In this document: one piece after another, positions 46,200 through 59,499 of the stretch
Position numbering within the stretch: position 1 is the stretch's first letter
Layout of the letters: each line of letters opens with the position of its first letter
Source of the DNA: Mytilus edulis
Lineage: Eukaryota
Assembly: GCF_963676685.1 (NCBI RefSeq)
Contig: NC_092349.1
Location: 23,746,001 to 23,810,000, forward strand
Direction of reading: 5' to 3'
DNA: 64,000 nucleotides
Program-made: the position numbers and the translations under genes
The notes under the pieces: model-generated
The model's input: only the letters and a program-made list of their open reading frames with translations
The model's database searches: none
What the model was told of the DNA's origin: nothing

Positions 46200-49100
46200 G
46201 AGTAGCAGCATAGGTTTGCATCACGAATGTTGAAAACTAGTATTGGAATAAGTGTATTTGTTTATTATGATTTACTTTTTCAAATTTCCTGCTAAAACCT
46301 GATCCGAACAAATATTTTTGAGTGAATCATTTTTAACCAGCTGAAATTATAAACTTTTAAACTTTTCAGAGCATTCTTTCAAAAACATGTTTTTCTTCAT
46401 TTTGTCAATATTTAGCGATGAATAGTTTCAAATTACACTATTATGCAAATACTGTGGTCCTATAATTGATCAATTTGTCAATAAACAACCGTCTCTAGGT
46501 TTTTGAACAAAGAAATATAGATAATAAGATCATATACAAAAGTGTATTGTATTAATTTAAAACAATAGTGACCAATAGAGCAATCATTTCAATAAGTATT
46601 TAATATCTTTTGTTACTTTGATTCGCACCTTTATTTATATTTGTTCACGCGGCATAATAATTGCACACAATTCATAATTAATTGTGTTATTGTTTCACAA
46701 AATTGCGTACTATTCAAATACAAAGAAGGTACATTCGGTAATTATTTTGTAGTTTTTTTGTCTTAAAGCTTTCATGTGATGTAATTGCATAAAAGAAAGT
46801 ATGCACTTTCAAACTATCGACCGGATAAAAAGATATATCCGTGGACAACTGAGTAATCATTTTGTATTGAATGCATTAAACAAGATCTACATGGGAAAAT
46901 CGGGAATACAGTCAAGTACTGCTTATTTATGTATAAGGTTAAAAGATGTTATATGTATCTTATATCGACATGCCTGTTTATGTACTTATCGAAATAAATA
47001 TCCGGAATGCATTTGTGTGGTTTTCATTTAAAACCACGCATGTGTACTGAATGTCTTCATACGAAGGATAGCCGTTTAACATCGATTTAACCTGCACTTA
47101 AGTCTTTTAAATACTTGGATATTCGAATACCGTATTTTAAAAAATAATTCAGAGATAAACAAAAGGATTAAGTAAATAAAGACAACAGTAGTACATTTTG
47201 TATACAGCTGTTTATTGTTCATAAAGAGATTTTAATGTGATCAAGAAGTATGAGTTATTTTAAAAGTTATAGTTACGATTAATTTTCATTTGACGATAAC
47301 TTAATGAATGCAAGCGGATTTTATAACAAAAAGTCAAACAGTAAACCAAGACCGTTATTCGTCCGACGAGTATCAGTAACAAGAATATTGAAAACTAGTA
47401 GTGAAATAAGTGTATTTATTTGTCATTATTTATTTTTTCAAGTTTTCTGCTAAAGGTTTCTCATAACAAATTTGTCTGAGTGAATCATGTTTATCCAACT
47501 GAAGTTATAAACTTTTAATCTTCTCAGAGTAAAATAGTCTTTCAAAAACATGTATTTTCTTCATTTTGTCAATATTGAGCGATGTGTTTATAAGTAATTC
47601 AATGTAAGCTAAACATAATAATAAAGTGCTGGAGACAATGAGTAGTTTGAAATTACACCAATATGCAAATAATGTGGTCCCATAACTGACCAATTTGTCA
47701 ATAAACAACCGTCTCTAGGTTTTTGAACAAATAAATCTAGATAATAAGATCATATGCAAAAGTGTATAGTAATATCTTAAACAATAGTGACCAATAGAGC
47801 AATGATTTCAATAAGTATTTAATATCTTTTGTTACTTTGATTCTCAGCTTCATTTATAATTGTTCACGGAGCATAATAAATGCATACAATCTATAATCAA
47901 TTTTGTTAATGTTTCACAAAATTGAGTACTATTCAAACACAAAGAAGGTACATTGGGTAATCATTTTGTAGCTATTTGTCTTAAAGCTGTCATGTGATAT
48001 AATTGTATAAAAGAAAGTATGCAATATCACGCTATTGACCGGATAAAAAGATATATCCTTAGACAGCTGAGTAACCATTTTGTATTGCATGCATTAAACA
48101 AGATTTACATGGGATAATGGGGAATACGGTCAAGTACTGCTTATTTATGTATAAGGTTAAAAATATTATATGTGTCTCATATCGGCATGCCAGTTTATGT
48201 ACTTATCGAAATAAATATCCGGAATACATTTGTGTGGCTTTATTTAAAACCACGCATGTGTACTAAATGTCTTCATACGACAGTCAGGGGCATTACTTAA
48301 ACAAGTAACAATTAAAATTACCTATACAAGTAATGTTGAAAACGAGGCCAATTTAAATATAACTTATACAAGTTATTTTTCTAAATATTATTTTTATAGG
48401 TGTTTAAGAATACAGATTTTACTAGCTTTAAATAATTTTCACAGTTATCTGGTTATTTTTCCCTTGATATATAAAAACTAATTCTTCAGAAACACTAATT
48501 AACTTTCCGACGCACTTACCTTTCATACCGACGCTTCTGGGTCAAAGATTGGTCTCTTGGGACTATCAAATTATCATTTTCCTCTAAAATCTTGAAGGTA
48601 GACTGATATAAATAGATTGATACTTGTGAATTAATTAAGACCTGAAGTTATTTATAATTTGTAACCTAATTCAATTATGTGCTTTAATAGGTAAGTGTAA
48701 TTGCTATTTTTTTTCAAAAATGTTAAAAATAACTTATTCAAGTAATATTTTTGTCATTGTTTTCAAAGTAACCCTTTATTTCCATACTCCTCTCAAATCT
48801 GATAAATTCTTTATTTTATCATATAAAATGGTGTTTAAAATCATGAAAACTACATTTAGTCTATGTTTCTATTGAAAATCAAAATAACTCTATAAGTAAT
48901 TTTATTATTTTTAAAATAAAAAATTACTTATATAAGTAATTAAAAAAAATAACTTGTTTAAGTAACGCCCCTGACTGTACGATGGATAGCCGTTTAACAT
49001 CGATTCAACCTGCACTTAAGTCTTTTGAATACTTGGATATTCGAATACCTTCTCTTAAAATTAATTTAGAGATCAAAAACATGGTTAAGTAAATTAAGAC

Positions 49101-52100
49101 AACAGTTGTACATTTTGTATACAGATGTTTATTTTTTATAAATAAATTTTAATGTGATCAAGAAGTATTAGTTATTTTAAAAGTTATAGTTACGATTAAT
49201 TTTCATTTGATGATAACTTAATAAATGCAAGCGAATTTTTTTAACGAAAAGTCAAAAAGTAAACCAAGATCGTTATTCGTCCGACGAGTATCAGTAACAA
49301 GAATATTGAAAACTAGTAGTGAAATAAGTGTATTTATTTATCATTATTTATTTTTTCAAATTTTCTGCTAAAGGTTTCTCTCAACAAATGTGTCTGAGTG
49401 AATCATTTTTAACCAACTGAAGTTATAAACTTTTAATCTTCTCAGAGTAAAAAAGTCTTTCAAAAACATGTTTTTTCTTCATTTTGTCAATATTGAGCGA
49501 TGAGTTTATAAGTAATTCAATTTAAGGTAAACATAATAATAAAGTGCTGGAGACAATGAGTAGTTTGAAATTACACCAATATGCAAATAATCTGGTCCCA
49601 TAACTGACCAATTTGTCAATAAACAACTGTCTCTAGGTTTTTGAACAAAGAAATCTAGATAATAAGGTCATATGCAAAAGTGTATAGTAATATCTTAAAC
49701 AATAGTGACCAATAGAGCAATGATTTCAATAAGTATTTAATATCTTTTGTTACTTTGATTCTCACCTTCATTTATAATTGTTCACGGAGCATAATAACTG
49801 CATACAATTTATAATTAATTTTGTTAATGTTTCACAAAATTAAGTACTATTCAAACACAAAGAAGGTACATTGGGTAATTATTTTGTAGCTATTTGTCTT
49901 AAAGCTTTCATGTGATATAATTGTATAAAAGAAAGTATGCACTATCACGCTATTGACCGGATTAAAAAGATATATCCTTAGACAGCTGAGTAATCATTTT
50001 GTATTGCATGCATTAAACAAGATCTACATGGGATAATGGGGAATACGGTCAAGTACTGCTTATTTATGTATAAGGTTAAAAGATGTTAGATGTATCTTTT
50101 ATCGACATGCCTGTTTATTTACTTATCGAAATAAATATCCGGAATGCATTCCTGTGGTTTTATCTAAAACCACGCATAATATGTACTGAATGTCTTCATA
50201 CGAAGGATAGCCGTTTAACATCGATTTAACCTGTACTTAAGTCTTTGAATACTTGGATATTCGAATACCTTATTTTGAAAATAATTTAGAGATACAAAAA
50301 AATGGTTAAGTAAATAAAGACAAAAGTAGTACATTTTGTATACAGCTGTTTATTGTTCATAAAGAGATGTTAATGTGATCAAGAAGTATAAGTTATTTAA
50401 AAAGTTAGAGTTACGATTAATTTTCATTTGACGATAACTTAATGAATGCAAGCGGATTTTTTAACAAAAAGTCAAAAAGTAAACCATGACCGTTTTTCAT
50501 CCGACGAGTAAGCAACAGGAATGTTGAAAACTAGTAGTGAAATAAGTGTATTTATTGATCACTTTTTTTTTTAAAACTTTCAGCTAAAAGTTTCTCTACA
50601 CAAAAATGTCTGAGTGAATCATTTTCAATCAACTAAAGTTATAAACTTTTTAACTTTTCAGAGTAGTCTTTCAAAAATATGTTTTTCTTCATTTTGTCAA
50701 TATTTAGCGATGTGATTAAAAGTGATTCAATTTTAAGTAAACATAATTATAAAATTCTGGAGACAATGCATATTTTAAAATTACAATTATTTGCAAATAC
50801 TCTGGTCCCATAACTGACCAATTTGTCAATAAACAACCGTTTCTAGGTTTTTTAACAAAGACATCTAAATAGTAAAATCACATACTAAAGTGTGTTGTAT
50901 TAATGTAAAACAAAAGTGATCAATAGAGCAATGATATCAATAAGTATTTAATATCTTTTGTTACTCTGATTCTCACCTTCATTTATAGTTGTTCACGCGG
51001 CATAATAACTGCATACAATTCATAATTAATTTCGTTATTGTTTCACAAAATTGCGAATTATTAAAACACAAAGAAAATATTTATTCGGTATTTAATTTGA
51101 AGTTATTTCATTGAAAGCTTTCATGTGACATATAATTGTATAAAAGAAAGTATGCACTATCAAGCTATTGATCGGATCAATCGATAAACCATTTCACAGC
51201 TGGGTTAACATTTTGAAAAAATGCATTATACAAAATTTACAGGGTCAAGTACTGCAAATGTTGTTTAGCAGGGTTAAATATGGGTAAAACATGTTATATG
51301 TATCTTATATCTACATATCTGCTAGTGTAATTATCATAATACTTACATTTGTGCGGTCTTATTTAAAACCAAGCATGTGTACTAAATGTTTTCATACGAA
51401 GGATAGCCGTTTTTGTAGTGGAATAATTGTATTTATTAATCATTATTTACTTTTTTCAAACTTTTTGATAAAAGTTTATCTTGACAAATATTTCTGAACT
51501 AATTATTTTGAACCAACTGAAATTATCATAAGAGAAAGATTTCACCCTTTTTCACATGCTTGCACATTGACTTTGCTTTCAATTCAAAATTCAAAAATTA
51601 ATATTTTGAACTTTTCGGAGCATTCTTCCAAAAACTTTTTTTTCTTCTTTTTGTTAATATTGAGCGATGTGTTTATGAGTGATTCCATTTTAAGTAAACG
51701 TAATAAATTAGGTTCTGGAGACAATGCATAGTTTAGAATAACACCAATATGCAAATACTGTGGTCCCATTATTGGTCAATTTGTCTCTAGGTTTTTGAAC
51801 AAAGAAATATAGATACATGTAATAAGATCATATACCAAAGTGTATTGTATTAATTTAAAACAATAGTGATCAATAAAGCAGTGATTTCAATAAGTATTTA
51901 ATATCTTTTGTTACTTGGATTCTCACCTTCTTTTATAGTTGTTCAAGCGGCATAATAACTGCATACAATTCATAATTAATTTCGTTATTGTTTCACAAAA
52001 TGGAGTACTATTCAAACACAAAGAATTGTGTAGCTATTTGTCTTAAAGCTTTCATGTGATATAATTGTATAAAAGAAAGTATGCACTATCAAAATATCGA

Positions 52101-55100
52101 TCGGATAAATAGATATATCCTTGGACAGCTGAGTAACCATTTTGTATTGCATGCATTAAACAAGATCTACATGGGATAATGGGGAATACGGTCAAGTACT
52201 GCTTATTTATGTATAAGGTTAAAAGATGTTATATGTATCTTATATCGACATGCCTGTTTATTTACTTATCGAAATTAAATATCCTGAATGCATTTGTGTG
52301 GTTTTATTTAAAGCCACGCATAATATGTACTGAATGTCTTCATACGAAGGATAGCCGTTTAACATCGATTTAACCTGCACTTAAGTCTTTGAATACTTGG
52401 ATATTCGAATACCTTATTTTAAAAAAAAAATTAGAGATACGAAGAATTGGTTAAGTAAATAAAGACAAAAGTAGTACATTTTGTATACAGCTGTTTATTG
52501 TTCATAAAGAGATTTTAATGTGATCAAGACGTATAAGCTATTTAAAAAGTTAGAGTTACGATTAATTTCCATTTGACTAATAACTTAATGAATGCAAGCG
52601 GATTTTATAACAAAAAGTCAAAAAGTAAACCATGACCGTTTTTCATCTGACGAGTAAGCAACAGGAATGTTGAAAACTAGTAGTGAAATAAGTGTATTTA
52701 TTTATCACTTTTTTTTAAACTTTCAGCTAAAAGTTTCTCTACACAAAAATGTCTGAGTGAATCATTTTCAATCAACTAAAGTTATAAACTTTTTAACTTT
52801 TCAGAGTAGTCTTTCAAAAATATGTTTTTCTTCATTTTGTCAATATTTAGCGATGTGATTAAAAGTGATTCAATTTTAAGTAAACATAATTATAAAATTC
52901 TGGAGACAATGCATATTTTAAAATTACAATTATTTGCAAATACTCTGGTCCCATAACTGACCAATTTGTCAATAAACAACCGTTTCTAGGTTTTTTAACA
53001 AAGACATCTAAATAGTAAAATCACATACTAAAGTGTGTTGTATTAATGTAAAACAAAAGTGATCAATAGAGCAATGATATCAATAAGTATTTAATATCTT
53101 TTGTTACTCTGATTCTCACCTTCATTTATAGTTGTTCACGCGGCATAATAACTGCATACAATTCATAATTAATTTCGTTATTGTTTCACAAAATTGCGAA
53201 TTATTAAAACACAAAGAAAATATTTATTCGGTATTTAATTTGAAGTTATTTCATTGAAAGCTTTCATGTGATATATAATTATATAAAAGAAAGTATGCAC
53301 TATCAAGCTATTGATCGGATCAATCGATATACCATTTGACAGCTGGGTTAACATTTTGAAAAAATGCATTATATAAGATTTAAAGGGTCAAGTACTGCAA
53401 ATGTTGTTTAGCAGGGTTAAATATGGGTAAAATATGTTATATGTTTCTTATATCTACATATCTGCTAGTGTAATTATCATAATACTTACATTTGTGCGGT
53501 CTTATTTAAAACCAAGCATGTGTACTAAATGTCTTCATACGAAGGATAGCCGTTTTTTGTAGTGGAACAATTGTATTTATTAACCATTATTTAATTTTTT
53601 CAAACTTTTTGATAAGAGTTTATCTTGACAAATATTTCTGAACTAATTATTTTGAACCAACTGAAATTATCATAAGAAAAGGATTTCACCCTTTTTCACA
53701 TGCTTGCACATTGACTTTGCCTACAATTCAAAATTCGAAAATTAATATTTAAACTTTTCGGAGCATTTTTCCAAAAACTTTTTTTTCTTCTTTTTTGTTA
53801 ATATTTAGCGATGTGTTTATGAGTGATTTCATTTTAAGTAAACGTAATAAATTAGGTTCTTGAGACAATGCATAGTTTAGAATAACACCAATATGCAAAT
53901 ACTGTGGTCCCATTATTGATCAATTTGTCTCTAGGTTTTTGAACAAAGAAATATAGATACATGTAATAAGATCATATACCAAAGTGTATTGTATTAATTT
54001 GAAACAATAGTGATCAATAAAGCAATGATTTCAATAAGTATTTAATATCTTTTGTTACTATGATTCACACCTTCATTTATAGTTGTTCACGGAGCATAAT
54101 AACTGCATACAATTTATAATTAATTTTGTTATTGTTTCACAAAATTGAGTACTATTCAAACACAAAGAAGGTACATTGGGTAATTATTTTGTAGCTATTT
54201 GTCTTAAAGCTTTCATGTGATATAATTGTATAAAAGAAAGTATGCACTATCACGCTATTGACCGGATAAAAAGATATATCCTTAGACAGCTGAGTAACCA
54301 TTTTGTATTGCATGCATTAAACAAGATATACATGGGATAATGGGGAATACGGTCAAGTACTGCTTATTTATGTATAAAGTTAAAAGATATTATATGTGTC
54401 TCATATCGGCATGCCTGTTTATGTACTTATCGAAATAAATATCCTGAATACATTTGTGTGGTTTTATTTAAAACCACGCATGTGTACTAAATGTCTTCAT
54501 ACGATGGATAGCCGTTTAACATCGATTCAACCTGCACTTAAGTCTTTTGAATACTTGGATATTCGAATACCTTCTCTTAAAATTAATTTAGAGATCAAAA
54601 ACATGGTTAAGTAAATTAAGACAACAGTAGTACATTTTGTATACAGATGTGTATTTTTTATAAAGAAATTTTAATGTAATCAAGAAGTATTAGTTATTTT
54701 AAAAGTCATAGTTTCATTTGACGATAACTTAATAAATGCAAGCGGATTTTATAACAAAAAGTCAAAAAGTAAACCATGACCGTTTTTCGTCCGACGAGTA
54801 ATAGCAACAAGAATGTTGAAAACTAGTAGTGAAATAAGTGTATTTATTTATCATTATTTTTTTTTTAAACTTTCAGCTAAAAGTTTCTCTAAACAAATAT
54901 TTCTGAGTGAATCATTTTCAACCAACCGAACATGCTGAAGTTATAAACTTTTTAACTTTTCAGAGTAGTCTTTCAAAAACATGTTTTTTTTTTTTTTTTT
55001 CATTTTGTCAATATTTAGCGATGTGTTTAAAAGTGATTCAATTTTAAATAAACATAATTATAAAATTCTGGAGACAATGCATATTTTAAAATTACAATTA

Positions 55101-56277
55101 TTTGCAAATACTCTGGTCCCATAACTGACCAATTTGTCAATAAACAACCGTTTCTAGGTTTTTTTAACAAAGACATCTAAATAGTAAAATCACATACTAA
55201 AGTGTGTTGTATTAATGTAAAACAAAAGTGATCAATAGAGCAATGATATCAATAAGTATTTAATATCTTTTGTTACTCTGATTCTCACCTTCATTTATAG
55301 TTGTTCACGCGGCATAATAACTGCATACAATTTATAATTAATTTCGTTATTGTTTCACAAAATTGCGAACTATTAAAACACAAAGAAAATATTTATTCGG
55401 TATTTAATTTGAAGTTATTTTATTGAAAGCTTTCATGTGACATGTAATTGTATAAAAGAAAGTATGCACTATCAAGCTATTGATCGGATCAATCGATATA
55501 CCATTTGACAGCTGGGTTAACATTTTGAAAAAATGCATTATACAAGATTTACAGGGTCAAGTACTGCAAATGTTGTTTAGCAGGGTTAAATATGGGTAAA
55601 ATATGTTATATGTATCTTATATCTACATATCTGCTAGTGTAATTATCATAATACTTACATTTTTGCGGTCTTATTTAAAACCAAGCATGTGTACTAAATG
55701 TCTTCATACGAAGGATAGCCGTTTTTTGTAGTGGAACAATTGTATTTATTAACCATTATTTATTTTTTTCAAACTTTTTGATATAAGTTTATCTTGACAA
55801 ATATTTCTGAACTAATCATTTTGAACCAACTGAAATTATCATAAGAAAAAGATTTCACCCTTTTTCACATGCTTGAACATTGACTTTGCCTACAATTCAA
55901 AATTCGAAAATTAATATTTTAAACTTTTCGGAGCATTTTTCCAAAAACTTTTTCTTCTTCTTTTTTGTTAATATTTAGCGATGTGTTTATGAGTGATTCC
56001 ATTTTAAGTAAACGTAATACATTAGGTTCTGGAGACAATGCATAGTTTAGAATAACACCAATATGCAAATACTGTGGTCCCATTATTGATCAATTTGTCT
56101 CTAGGTTTTTGAACAAAGAAATATAGATACATGTAATAAGATCAAACAAAAGTGTATTGTATTAATTTAAAACAATAGTGATCAACAGAGCAATGATTTC
56201 AATAAGTATTTAATATCTTTTGTTATTTGGATTCTCACCTTCATTTAAAGTTGTTCTCGCGGCATACTAACTGCATA
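46200..56277. repeat. Non-coding tandem array of ~1.2 kb (A) and ~0.95 kb (B) units with higher-order AB dimers
   Basis: The anchor TCTAGGTTTTT recurs at ~46.49, 47.71, 49.63, 50.84, 51.79, 52.99, 53.93, 55.15 and 56.10 kb. Partial orphan copies at ~42.22 and ~44.8 kb. Confidence 0.93.
48281..48977. mobile_element. 697-bp MITE with 26-bp TIRs and a 5-bp TSD
   Basis: CAGTCAGGGGCRTTACTTAAACAAGT at both ends. TACGA is duplicated at 48276-48280 and 48978-48982. The empty site CTTCATACGATGGATAG is at ~54495. Confidence 0.93.
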
Positions 56278-57169
56278 TATTTAATGACGATATCGGAACC
56301 ATTGTCCGGACGCCTTAATTTTCTAAATAAACATAAGAATGGTTGACAAATGCGGCTATGCATTACACCTATAGGACAAAAAGGCATGATGATTAAATTA
56401 CGAAAGGAAGAGAAGCGACACATATATGAGGTCATAGCTTTACTTTCAAATCTAAAAATTCTAAAACGTGACACATTCAAATTTTTCTAAACTTTGCTTG
56501 ACAAGAAAAAGCATCGACCGTGTCTCATAATTGTTTTTGCGAATACAGATATAGTGTTTAGATATTTTACACGGTCAAATGACCATAACTATACACTTGA
56601 TTAATGAGTTTATCCCCGAAACGCCCTGCTATAGTTGAACTGGTCTTTGATAAGCGACCGGATTAAACTCCGCCCATTCATGAAATAAATCATAGCGATG
56701 TGGTAAATGTGAATCTTTTTCACGTAAATATAATAAATTAAGTTCAAGACTAAGTGATTGTCTTACAATTACACCATAGTGCATAAATGTGGTCCCGTAA
56801 TGCACGTTATATGAGCGGTAATTGTATGTTTACAAAACCTACTTTAAACTTAACGATGTTGAATATAATTTGTATGTTAGATAGAATAGTTATCAAAGGT
56901 ACCAGGATTATAAACGCATAAAATATGCCGATGTATAAAAACTGGTTACATGGTATATATATTGCTCGAAGTTTCTCAATGGTTGGTCAAGTTTCTAACA
57001 AACAAATCTACCATTTTATCCACAGAAACTCATATAGGTTTTTTTTTAACCGGTTAAAATGATCTCATGATTTTATTTTTCATATGTGTCAACTCATTAA
57101 GAAAAATGCTTAGGTGTATTAAAATCACTAGTCATAAGATTATAAAACGCCTTTCTTAAAAAGAATTAA

Positions 57170-57330
57170 AAAGTTATCAAAGGTACCATCATTATAGTTT
57201 AACGCGCCAGACGCTAGCGTCATTTATATAAGACTCATCAGTGATGCGTAGATAAAAAATAGTTTTAAAGCCAAACAACGCAAACAAGTAAATCGTGGAA
57301 ATGCATTGAGGACCCACAATTACAAAAGAC
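57170..57330 (-). mobile_element. Degenerate retrozyme-like repeat
   Basis: Retains CTGATGAGTCT and GTCTGGCG on the minus strand but has lost the GAAA box. Homologous to 15130-15308. Confidence 0.6.
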
Positions 57331-59499
57331 ACAATAGACCAATAAAAACGCACACGAAAAAAACTTACAAAGATACAAAATGTGATCTTATCAAGTATGC
57401 ATATGCTCATGACATTTCCTGACATGAATTTCTTTGCGATTGTTGCAATACGTTTCAATTATTTAAGTATTTCAAGTTTCGTTCATTTCTTAAAATACTC
57501 AGAAAAAATGGTATACTAGTGAATGGATTTTACTTTGTTGATATCAATATGTTTACCGTTTTTTTAATTTGGAATGCATATATATTTCCTTTTTGCTATG
57601 CCTACATGTGAAAATAGGGTATTTTTGTCCTTTCAAAAGTAAATTTATAGGTCTTTTGTTAAATTGAATGTAGAAACTCGTTGATTTGCGTATGAATTTC
57701 AAATCACAAAATGGACTGGGCATCAAATATGAAATATGAAATAGCTGAGTTGCAACTGCTATTTATGTTTCAATATTATGACAAAGATTTTAAATATTCT
57801 GATTTTTTGGATAAATATTTTTTTAATTTGAACAGAGGTTCTCCGCATCTAGCATAATTGTTGTATTCGTTTACTTTCTCGTGGTTTATATTTGAATTTA
57901 GGATCCGTTTCTTCGATTTCTTTTCAATCAGCCACTGGTTAGCAATAAAAGCAAAGAAATCATAAAGTGTATAAGAAAACAAAAACATTTTAAAGCCACT
58001 TCAAGACATTTAAAGGCCAACAGTATATTTCTGCCGTCTATCATATACAAGACAAGTGAAAAACATTCACTATTCGCCTATATTTAATAATATAATTGCA
58101 ATTATTAAAAGGGTACACATTTCCATATAGTCCTATACAATAATATAGAACATTATGTACAGATAAACGTATTGTTAAAGTTCAACACAACATTATCTTT
58201 TATTATCAAACTCAACTACATTCATAAGTTTGGTAAAAGTCATTCACAAAATGATTTTAATATTTTGAATAATTGTTTGTTCAGATTATCAGGAAGGTAA
58301 GTGCTTAGCTAACATGTAGATGATAAGAATTTTGTTTAGTACGTTTAGGAAAATGTGGTGGTCAACTTGATTTTTTAAGCTTTCATATAATGTGGGAATT
58401 TGAATAATTTTTAACCCTGCAAGTACAATTTTGATTTATATTTTGATGGTTGACAACACACGTTCACATAAGGGAGTTTCATAAGAACTACTGTGCGTCT
58501 CAAGCATTATATTACATCAAATTTACCTCTAAGATAATTTCCATCTTCGAAAATGATCTAAATGATAAATTCCTTTTATACAGAGTGTTCAACAGCACAG
58601 TCAATACATGTACTGTCTACAAGGCTTTCGATGGAATGAACAGCAAGAACATTCTTTAGTTAGGGTGAGTGAATATCGTAATTTTGTTTGTATATGTTAT
58701 ATACTGTATACATGATACATGATATATACACTATAGTGCTAAATAATGCAAAAACAGAGCGACCAATAACTCAATACTCATTCGATTCCCCTACAAGTGG
58801 ACTATCAGTCATGTAAATAGTTATTAATTAATTGAAATCGTATTGGTTGCATTTTCACCTGTTCTGCTCTCCATAAATTACTGCCCGTCTTCCTCCCAGT
58901 CTATGGCATTACAAAAACAAAATTGTCCTCTCCTTTAACTTTGTATAAGCATGATTTTGTCCTTCAAAAACATCAGTTCAAATTAATCAAACACCAACCC
59001 TTACCCCTCCCAGTATTGTTGGATATATATTTAGTTAATCAATTTCAGAACAAAAATATGAAGAAAAACACATTCCGCCGCCTCATGTTTAAACTAAGTT
59101 GCCGCGAATTCGACATAAACGGTAATCTCAAAATCAAAAACACGAGACGAATTTCCTCGACTTTAGTAGCAATATACCTACTTTACCTGCATATGAGATA
59201 TACATTTTTAAGTCTAGCGGTATGAAGCTACTACTCAGACTTGACAACACATGTAGATGAATTACTATTGGAGTTATTATCCACAAATGACAAAACTTTG
59301 ATCCTTAGAGAGGAACAGTTTTGTTTTCTTCTGTTATGCCTTATTTGATTTAAATTACAATAGACTTATAGACACTATAATCACAAAATAATACCAACAA
59401 GGCAATATGTATTTAAAAGTCAATTTTTGTCGACATAGTAAGTAGACTGTCACTCTTAATAGGAGTAACTGCCCTTAAATGATAATTTGTTTATCCCCT

